NCBI GenBank assembly: GCA_963845515.1
Contig: CAWJSR010000004.1
Coordinates: 1 to 8,070 of the forward strand
Direction of reading: 5' to 3'
Origin: an uncultured delta proteobacterium
GTDB lineage: Bacteria > Myxococcota > Myxococcia > Myxococcales > Anaeromyxobacteraceae
Length of the DNA: 8,070 bases
Shown here: in pieces, positions 1 through 6,370 of the stretch
How positions within the stretch are numbered: the stretch's first letter is position 1
Layout: each line of letters starts with the position of its first letter
Translations under genes and position numbers: made by a program
The notes under the pieces: generated by a model
Database searches by the model: none
What the model was told of the DNA's origin: nothing
The model's input: only the letters and a program-made list of their open reading frames with translations

Positions 1-2
1 GA

Positions 3-490
3 CTACTGCTTCGTGAAGAACTGGCTGTCGTCCAGGGAGACCGGACGAGGTCCGGGGTCGAGCCGTCATTGGCCCCGCCTGGTGTCCGATGTACATCCGG
101 TCCGGGGTCGCCGCGGTGTCGATGTACGCGAGGTTGTACTCGTCGGCCCCTCGATCGTGATGTCGAGCCTGGTCGCGGTCACGGAGGCGCTACCGAGGGT
201 GGCGGTCACCGAAGCGCCGATGACGATCGCGCCGCTCCTCGGCGTCTGCGGCGTCCCGGTCCCCGTGCACGTCTCCTTCGGGCAGGCGTTCGACGTGACG
301 GTGACGTTCAAGCCGCTGAAGGTGAGGATGTCGAAGTGGGACGTCCCGTGCTGGCCTTGCACATGGACCAGGCGCCCTGTAGCTGCTCTTGGAAGGTCGG
401 AGCGGGCGTGGGTTCATCCGACGAGTCTCCGCAGCTCCAAGCCATCGCCAGCGCCGCGGATGCCAACAGTGCTCTTGCGATCGATCGCAT
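3..490 (-). CDS. Putative lipoprotein, interrupted by about four single-base frameshifts (probably sequencing errors)
   Basis: ATG at 490 (minus) follows AGGGGG. The N-terminus MRSIARALLASAALAMAWSC is a basic/hydrophobic signal peptide ending in a lipobox-like Cys. Coding-like sequence continues across frames: ...QLQGAWSMCK / GTSHFDILTFSGLNVTVTSNACPKETCTG...LDITIEG / DEYNLAYIDTAATPDRMYIG / NDGSTPDL / RPVSLDDSQFFTKQ, ending in TAG at 5-3. Shifts near 345, 147, 73 and 48, mostly in short G/C runs. Confidence 0.7.
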
Positions 491-788
491 CGCGTTCCCC
501 CTCGGTTCGAGAGTCCCTTTCAGTCTGCGCGAGGCACACGGGCTCGATAAGCCGATTCCGGGTGAATCCGTCCGAGCCCCTCGACGCCGCCAGATACGTC
601 CGCGACGCCGCGCGCATCCTGCGCAGGGAGCATGCGCTGTCGAGCGGTGAGCCGCCGGCCCATGGCGCGGGCACGCCACCTCGGGCCGCACCGTTCGGAG
701 CCGCGACCTGAGAGGGGGCAGACCCGGGGCTTTCCCGCGCTTAAGGAGACGGGGTCGGCGCTCCTCGCGCCTCAAGGAGTCACGAGTC

Positions 789-1455
789 ATGTCGAGGCTT
801 CGAGTGGCCGCGTTCGGCATCTCCATCGACGGCTATGGCGCAGGTATCGACCAGAGCCTGGACAATCCGATGGGCGTCGGGGGCATGGCGCTGCACAAGT
901 GGGTTCTCGGCACGAAGACGTTCCAGAAGATGAGCGCCGACTTCGCCGGCTCGCTGATCGGAGACGTGGTTGGCCGAGAAGGGATCGACGACTCCTTCGC
1001 CTCGCGCGGCTTCGAGAACCTCGGCGCCTGGATCCTCGGCCGCAACATGTTCGCGCCGAGCCGGGGCCCCTGGACCGACGACGGCTGGAAGGGATGGTGG
1101 GGCAAGAACCCGCCTTACCACGTGCCGGTCTTCGTGCTCACGCACCATGCCCGCGCGCCCATCACGATGGAGGGCGGCACGACGTTCCACTTCGTGACCG
1201 ATGGCATCCACGCCGCCCTGGAGCGGGCGAAGGAGGCGGCCCGGGGCAAGGACATCCGCCTCGGCGGTGGAGTTGCCACCGTTCGCCAGTACCTCACCGC
1301 GGGGCTGATCGACGAGATCGCACCTGGCGATCTCCTCCGTGCTCCTCGGCAGGGGCGAAAGCCTCCTGGCCGGGATCGATGCGGTGAGCGTCGGCTACAG
1401 GTGCACGGAGCACGCCTCCACGGACGACGCGACGCATGTGGTGCTGACGAGGTGA
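789..1455 (+). CDS. Dihydrofolate reductase family (RibD C-terminal/deaminase-reductase domain) protein, one +1 frameshift near 1319
   Basis: AAGGAG precedes ATG 789. Motifs ISIDGYGAG, GAWILGRNMF, WWGKNPPYHVPVFVLTH and GKDIRLGGGVATVRQYL. The family C-terminus HLAISSVLLGRGESLL...ATHVVLTR* lies in the frame starting 1321 and ends at TGA 1453-1455; removing one C from GAG AT(C)G CAC restores ...IDEMHLA. Confidence 0.88.
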
Positions 1456-1471
1456 CTCGGGCCACACGTCC

Positions 1472-1794
1472 GTGAAGTATCCGCGCCTCCTGCCCAGGTT
1501 CGCCGAGCGCCATCCCCGGGTGCAGGTCGAGGTCCAGGTCGAGAATCGGTTCGTCAACATCGTCGCGGAGGGCGCGGACGCCGGGATCCGCCTCTCCGAG
1601 GCCATCGAACGGGACATGGTGCAGGTCCGCCTCACGCCGCCAGCCCGGTTCGTGGTTGCCGCCGCTCCCTCCTACCTGGCGTGCCGGGGTTCTTCCTGTA
1701 CTTCCCGAGCCGCGCCCAGGTCTCGCCGGCGCTCAGGGCGTTCGTGGACATGGCCCGCGAGCTGGCCGGAAGCTCGAAGGTGCGCGCGCGCTGA
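1472..1794 (+). pseudogene. Remnant of a LysR-type regulator (CrgA/DmlR-like substrate-binding domain), lacking the HTH and with an internal deletion
   Basis: LLPRFAERHPRVQVEV...NIVAEGADAGIRLSEAIERDMVQVRL...FVVAAAPSYLA (1472-1680) abuts, in another frame, the LysR C-terminal motif PGFFLYFPSRAQVSPALRAFVD...* (1681-1794). No N-terminal HTH is present. Confidence 0.85.
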
Positions 1795-1811
1795 GCGGGG
1801 TTCGACCCCGC
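1795..1811. other. Perfect GC hairpin GCGGGG-TTCGA-CCCCGC directly after the LysR remnant stop
   Basis: 6-bp perfect inverted repeat. No T-tract follows, so a terminator role is uncertain. Confidence 0.4.
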
Positions 1812-1895
1812 CGTCGAGGCCCCCCTGCCGGGCCGTCCGTCTTGGGCTGCGAAGCGCGGGACCAAACGACAGATAACACCAGCAGGGAGGATTCC

Positions 1896-1949
1896 GCCTT
1901 CGAGCGGAAGCTCGACGAGTTCTTCGCGAAGGAGGAGGGCGAACCATGA
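1896..1949 (+). pseudogene. prpB: C-terminal remnant of 2-methylisocitrate lyase
   Basis: [17 protein letters not shown] resembles the PrpB C-terminus (E. coli ...YEEKLDNLFA...). Its TGA overlaps the prpC ATG (ATGA 1946-1949), as expected for the prpB-prpC order. Confidence 0.65.
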
Positions 1950-3100
1950 GCGACCCCCTCACCTCGATCCAGCCTGAGCGGAAGAAGTCGGTGGCCCTGT
2001 CGGGCACCGTCGCGGGCGACACCGCGATCTGCACGGTCGGGCGCAGCGGCAACGACCTCCACTACCGCGGCTACGACATCCACGAGCTCGCGCAGGAGGC
2101 CACGTACGAGGAGGTGGCCCACCTCCTCGTCCACGGCGCCCTCCCCACTGCCCCGCAGCTCGCTGCCTACCGCACGCGGCTGCAGCGGCTCCGCGGCTTG
2201 CCCGGCGCCGTCCGGAGCGCCCTAGAGCACATCCCGGCCGCAGCGCACCCGATGGACGTGCTCAGGACCGGCTGCTCGGTGCTCGGCACCGTCCTGCCGG
2301 AGAAGGAGGGGCACCCGGAGGCCGGCGCGCGCGACATCGCCGACCGGCTCCTCGCCAGCCTCGGGGCGATGCTCCTCTACTGGCACCGCTTCGCCCAGAC
2401 GGGACGGCGGATCGAGGTGGAGACGGAGAACGTTCGATCGCCGCCCACTTCCTCCACTTGCTCCACGGCCGCGCCCCCCTCCGCCGCGCACGCCCGCGCC
2501 CTCGACCGGTCGCTGATCCTCTACGCGGAGCACGAGTTCAACGCCTCGACCTTCGCGAGCCGCGTCGTCGCCGGCACTGGCTCGGACCTCTACTCCGCCG
2601 TCACCGCCGGGATCGGTGCGCTCCGGGGGCCGAAGCACGGGGGCGCGAACGAGGTGGCGATGGAGATCCTCGAGCGCTACGCCAGCCCCGACGAGGCGGA
2701 GGCCGACGTCCGGGCGAGGCTGGCGCGCAAGGAGATCGTCATCGGCTTCGGCCACCCGGTCTACACCGTCTCGGATCCGCGCAGCGCGATCATCAAGGAG
2801 ATCGCGCGCCAGCTCTGCGCCGACGCGGGCGCCCCCACCCTCTTCGCGGTCGCCGAGCGGATCAACGTCGTCATGCGTGAGGTGAAGCGGATGTTCCCGA
2901 ACCTCGACTGGTTCAGCGCGGCGGCCTACCACGCGCTGGGCGTGCCGACGCCGATGTTCACGCCGCTCTTCGTCATCGCGCGGACGGCCGGCTGGTCCGC
3001 TCACGTGCTGGAGCAGCGCCAGGCCGGGAAGATCATCCGGCCGAGCGCCAACTACGTGGGACCGGACGACCGCCCCTACGTCGCCCTCGGGGATCGCTGA
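1946..3100 (+). CDS. prpC: 2-methylcitrate synthase (citrate synthase family)
   Basis: N-terminus [33 protein letters not shown] is characteristic of PrpC. Catalytic motifs [27 protein letters not shown] and [10 protein letters not shown]-terminal [21 protein letters not shown] short compensated frameshift lies at about 2428-2479. Confidence 0.95.
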   Translation: MSDPLTSIQPERKKSVALSGTVAGDTAICTVGRSGNDLHYRGYDIHELAQEATYEEVAHLLVHGALPTAPQLAAYRTRLQRLRGLPGAVRSALEHIPAAAHPMDVLRTGCSVLGTVLPEKEGHPEAGARDIADRLLASLGAMLLYWHRFAQTGRRIEVETENVRSPPTSSTCSTAAPPSAAHARALDRSLILYAEHEFNASTFASRVVAGTGSDLYSAVTAGIGALRGPKHGGANEVAMEILERYASPDEAEADVRARLARKEIVIGFGHPVYTVSDPRSAIIKEIARQLCADAGAPTLFAVAERINVVMREVKRMFPNLDWFSAAAYHALGVPTPMFTPLFVIARTAGWSAHVLEQRQAGKIIRPSANYVGPDDRPYVALGDR

Positions 3101-3114
3101 GCCGAGGCCCCGAC

Positions 3115-3251
3115 GTGAGCGCCCAGGCCGCCAACGCTCGCCCCGCCCCCGACCCGGGAGCTGGCGGCGGCCCTCCTCGCCCTCTTCGGCGACCCGGCCC
3201 GGCTCGAGGCGACGCCGGTCAATGCAGCTCGTGGACCTGACGGTCATCTGA
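3115..3251 (+). pseudogene. prpD: 2-methylcitrate dehydratase remnant: N-terminus joined to C-terminus
   Basis: GAGG then GTG 3115. Reads VSAQAANARPAPDP-EL (cf. E. coli PrpD MSAQINNIRPEFDREI), then ALLALFGDPARLEATPVN(E)LVDLTVI* (cf. PrpD end ...LDRARLEQMPVNEYLDLYVI*), allowing single-base indels near 3157 and 3225. It sits right after prpC. Confidence 0.8.
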
Positions 3252-3447
3252 GCCTCACGACCTCTCAAGGCGCCCGGCTCCCGGAGGCCGTGCTCGCGAT
3301 GACGGACGAGTGAGGGGGTGGGCGCCGGCTCACGCGGCGAAAACCTCAGCGGCCGTGCCTACTTCCATGTCGGGGTGAGTCGAGCCCCCGCTCCCCGTGC
3401 GCCAGGGCCAACCCCCGGTTAGAAACCGTTGGTCGCCCCTCGAGCGC

Positions 3448-3453
3448 GGAGGA
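3448..3453 (+). promoter_or_regulatory. Shine-Dalgarno GGAGGA for the TTG start at 3458
   Basis: GGAGGA lies 4 nt upstream of TTG. Confidence 0.65.
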
Positions 3454-3457
3454 CCAC

Positions 3458-3841
3458 TTGCTCGAATACCTCGCCAAGCTCGGCGAACGCATGGAGCGCG
3501 AGAACCGCGACCGCTTCATGGTCGAGGGAAGCCTGCCTGCCGGCACTCGCCGGGTCTCCGTGGCGGGGACGACCGGCTGGCTCTACCCGGTCGTCAACGA
3601 GCAGGGCGACGCGTTCCGCATGTTCCTCTGGTTCGACGGCGCCGCCTACCAGGTGAAGGTCGTCGAGCCGACGCTCGCCTACGCCGACCCCCACTGCTGT
3701 CACCTCTTCCCCGACGCGCGGCTCTGCCTCGGCGGCGACGAGGGTGGCGGCATGCCGACGCTCGACGGCGCGTTCGCGCGGAGCGTGCTCTGGGCGAACG
3801 GCTACGGCGCCTTCGCGCGCACCGGTCGATTCCCGTTCTGA
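3458..3841 (+). CDS. Stand-alone prokaryotic E2/UBC-like protein (127 aa) with candidate catalytic Cys90
   Basis: Strong RBS and GC3-biased codons. A beta-strand-like series (GWLYPV, FRMFLWF, YQVKVVEP) is followed by DPHCCHLFPDARLCL, which has the His/Asn-to-Cys spacing of the UBC motif HPNxxxxGxICL (H82...C90), and then a helix ARSVLWANGY...TGRFP. It is operonic with JAB/E1. Confidence 0.62.
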   Translation: MLEYLAKLGERMERENRDRFMVEGSLPAGTRRVSVAGTTGWLYPVVNEQGDAFRMFLWFDGAAYQVKVVEPTLAYADPHCCHLFPDARLCLGGDEGGGMPTLDGAFARSVLWANGYGAFARTGRFPF

Positions 3842-3853
3842 AGGAGGCACACC

Positions 3854-4051
3854 ATGTCAGACGCCGTCCTCGATCGCGTTCAGTTGCTGCTCCGGGAGAG
3901 CCGCGAAAAGGGTGAGGAGCTTCCGCGCGAGCGCGCGCGGAAGGTCTTCGTCGATCCGAGCGGGCGAATCCGCCTCGGAGACGACGTCCCCGACGCGGAG
4001 GGGCCCGGCCTCTCCGAGATCCACCACGCGGTCTTCGCCGCGCGTGGCTGA
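3854..4051 (+). CDS. Small hypothetical protein (65 aa), candidate conjugated modifier or E1 substrate; C-terminus ...SEIHHAVFAARG
   Basis: AGGAGG at 3842-3847, ATG 3854, GC3-biased codons. The stop overlaps the next gene's GTG. Function is inferred only from context. Confidence 0.75.
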   Translation: MSDAVLDRVQLLLRESREKGEELPRERARKVFVDPSGRIRLGDDVPDAEGPGLSEIHHAVFAARG

Positions 4052-5867
4052 TCCGTCATTCGTCCTCGGCGACTGGGTGCTCGCCGAGCTCGAGCGCGAG
4101 CTCGCGGCGCAGCCGCCGGAGCGCGGCGGCGCCCTCCTCGGTCCCAGGCTCCGGCCGGCCGTCACCCGCTTCGTCCCCGATCCGGACGCCGTGCGCAGCG
4201 GTGTGAGCTGGGCCCCGTCCCGCGCCCTCGACGCCGCGGTGAAGGCGCTGGAGGGATCCGAAGGACTCGAGCTCAAGGGGGTCGTCCACTCGCACCCCCG
4301 GGGCTTCGGCGAGCCCTCGAACCAGGACGTTCGCGAGCTGGCGCGCGGCCTCGCGATCAACGGCCACATGCCCTGCTACCTTGCCCCCATCGTGACGCCG
4401 GGGGTGGCTGGGTCGCTCGCTGCGCACGAGCTCCCTCTCGCGTCGGGCAGGCTCTCGTGCTTCGCCGCGTGGCGGGGACCGGCGGAGGGCGCCGTCGTCC
4501 GACCTCTCCGGCCGCGCCTCCTGCCGCTCTCTCGCGACCTGTCGCGGCTTGCGCGCGACCTCGGCGCGCCGACGCCGGCGCTGCTCGACGTGGACGCGGG
4601 CGCCGGGATCGCGCCGGGGGGCCGGCTCTCCCTGCCGGGAGGGGTGGAGCTGCTCGTGATCGCCGGCGACGGCTATCCGGCCCTTCCGCCGCTCCTGTTC
4701 CTCACGCTCGACGGAGAGACGGAGCAGCTCCAGACTTCCTGGCGCGTGGACGTGCCGGAGGAGGAACGGCTCGTTCGCGCGGCCCGCGAGGCGTTGGTGC
4801 CGCCGGGGCCGTACCGCCGGAGCTACGGGCCGCGCGCAGGCCCCGCGCTCACGCGCGACCCGGCGCGCGCCGCCCTCGCCGGCTGGGAGCCGCGCCTCTC
4901 GGGGGAGGACCCGGACGCGACGGCCGCGGCGCTCCGGGACGCGCTGCTCGAGCGCGGCGCGGGGTTGCTGGCGCCCTCGCTCCGCGAGCGGACGGTGCTG
5001 GTCGCCGGCCTCGGGTCGGTCGGGTCGTACGTCGCGGAGCAGCTCGCGCGCAGCGGCGTGGGCGGCCTCACGCTCCTCGACCCGGAGCCGGTCGAGGCGG
5101 CGAACCTCTCGCGGACGGTCTACGGTGCCGCCGACGTGGACCGCCCGAAGACCGAGGCGCTCGCGCGGCGCCTCCTCTCCGCGGTGCCGTCGCTCCGGCT
5201 AGGTCTCCACCCCTCCCGCATCGAGGACCTCGCCCCCGCCGAGCTCGACGCCCTCGTGCGCGGCGTCGACCTGGTGGTGGGCGCCACCGACGATCCCGCC
5301 GGACAGCGCGCGCTCGACCGGTTCGCCTACGCGCGAGGTCGGCCCGCGGTCTTCGTCGGGCTCTACGCCGGGGCGCAGGGCGGCGAGGTGATCCTCACCG
5401 TCCCCGAGCGCACGCCCTGCTTCCTCTGCGCCACTCGCGCGCGCCACGCGGCGGAGCGGACCGCGGGGCGCGTGGAGCGCGAGACCGACTACGGCTCCGG
5501 GAGGCTCGCCGGCGAGCCGGCGCTGGGCGCCGACATCCAGCACGTGGCGAGCGCGGCCGTGAAGCTCGCCCTCTCGCTCCTCCTGCCAGGCGGCAAGGTG
5601 GGCGCGCTCGCCGAGGGAGCCGTGGCGGAGGGCACGCCCTACCTCACGCTCTCCACCGTGGCACGCTACTGGTTCTACCCGGGGATCTTCGGGGACGTGC
5701 CTGGGCAGGGCGCCTACCAGGCGGTCTGGCTCTCACCGGTGCGCAGCGCCGACTGCCCGGTGTGCGGCGACCCGGCCGGGCGGATTGAGCCCCTGACCGT
5801 CCCGCTGCGCGCGCCGACCCGCGAGGAGCTGGCGGCCTCGGTCCGGGGGGAGGAGGGAGGCGGCTGA
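4044..5867 (+). CDS. JAB/Mov34 metalloprotease + E2/RWD-like + ThiF/E1 adenylation fusion protein (~607 aa)
   Basis: Likely start GTG 4044. JAMM motif E(4119)...H-S-H(4287-4295)-x7-S(4317)-x2-D(4326). Central ELLVIAGDGYPALPPLLFL carries YPxxPP (4674). ThiF motifs GLGSVGS (5007), DPEPVEAANLSR (5079), PKTEAL and GATDD, plus Zn pairs CFLC (5418-5429) and CPVC (5754-5765). Confidence 0.9.
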   Translation: MADPSFVLGDWVLAELERELAAQPPERGGALLGPRLRPAVTRFVPDPDAVRSGVSWAPSRALDAAVKALEGSEGLELKGVVHSHPRGFGEPSNQDVRELARGLAINGHMPCYLAPIVTPGVAGSLAAHELPLASGRLSCFAAWRGPAEGAVVRPLRPRLLPLSRDLSRLARDLGAPTPALLDVDAGAGIAPGGRLSLPGGVELLVIAGDGYPALPPLLFLTLDGETEQLQTSWRVDVPEEERLVRAAREALVPPGPYRRSYGPRAGPALTRDPARAALAGWEPRLSGEDPDATAAALRDALLERGAGLLAPSLRERTVLVAGLGSVGSYVAEQLARSGVGGLTLLDPEPVEAANLSRTVYGAADVDRPKTEALARRLLSAVPSLRLGLHPSRIEDLAPAELDALVRGVDLVVGATDDPAGQRALDRFAYARGRPAVFVGLYAGAQGGEVILTVPERTPCFLCATRARHAAERTAGRVERETDYGSGRLAGEPALGADIQHVASAAVKLALSLLLPGGKVGALAEGAVAEGTPYLTLSTVARYWFYPGIFGDVPGQGAYQAVWLSPVRSADCPVCGDPAGRIEPLTVPLRAPTREELAASVRGEEGGG

Positions 5868-5892
5868 GGCGGGCCGGGCGTCCAGGACCGGA

Positions 5893-5901
5893 TGCTATAG
5901 T
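5893..5901 (+). promoter_or_regulatory. Candidate extended -10 promoter TG-c-TATAGT
   Basis: AT-rich near-consensus TGnTATAAT element in a very GC-rich background, 6 nt before GTG 5908. No -35 is visible. Confidence 0.5.
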
Positions 5902-5907
5902 CGCGAG

Positions 5908-6370
5908 GTGGCCGCCTTGAAGGTATCCGCGCCCGACGCTCGCCGCCTTCGGTGCTCCCCTGCCGGTGACCCCGCGCATGGAGATGGCGCTCGAGGAGGC
6001 CGTCGCCCGCGCCCTCGTCGCTGCCAGAAGCGACCCCACGTTGGCCCTGGTCGTCCCCGTCGTCCTGCTCGACAACGCCTTCGACGTTGAGCTGCTCCTG
6101 AAGGCGGCCCGCGCCCGAAAGGTTCTTCCCGAGCTCGGCATGTTCCTCGCGCTCAGCGCCCGGGTTGGGCGGCGCCCGGCGCTTGCGAAGCTGGCACTGC
6201 GGCTGCCGCGGCACACGGGAAGGCCGAAGTACTATCCGAAGCCTTTCGGCGGCCGGTTCGGCCGGGCGCTCGCCGACGCGAACACGCCGCCGGTCGTGGC
6301 GGCCTGGGGCTTCCGGATGAACGAGACGGAGGCCGACCTCAAGGGTTTCGTGGAGAAGCACCTTGGCTGA
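5908..6370 (+). CDS. Hypothetical protein, probable partner/antitoxin of the downstream nucleotidyltransferase; probable frameshift near 5933
   Basis: ORF 5966-6370 extends upstream in frame as TLAAFGAPLPV. Removing one C at about 5932-5934 joins it to GTG 5908/TTG 5917. Its stop overlaps the TTG start of the next gene by 8 nt. Confidence 0.6.

Noticed and set aside
1795..1811. GGTTCGACCC as a tRNA T-arm or integration-site remnant
   Set aside because: It does not form a 5-bp stem with a 7-nt loop, and there is no acceptor stem, CCA end or integrase nearby.
3272..3313. Short coding-like stretch ARLPEAVLAMTDE*
   Set aside because: Too short to assign; it has no start and no recognisable family.
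3744..4043. N-terminal 100 aa of the 707-aa ORF
   Set aside because: It overlaps two better-supported genes that have their own RBS, and its composition is S/R-rich shadow sequence. The JAB-like sequence begins at GTG 4044.
4457..5788. 443-aa alternate-frame ORF and other long overlapping ORFs (e.g. 2222-3268 minus, 5714-6616 minus, 632-1387 plus)
   Set aside because: These are R/G/P/A-rich shadow ORFs typical of high-GC DNA and overlap genes with clear motifs.
4044..5867. Ordinary MoeB/ThiF sulfur-carrier activation gene
   Set aside because: There is no rhodanese domain, no GG-ending ThiS/MoaD/CysO and no cofactor or cysteine synthesis genes nearby, whereas E2-like domains are present. Not formally excluded.
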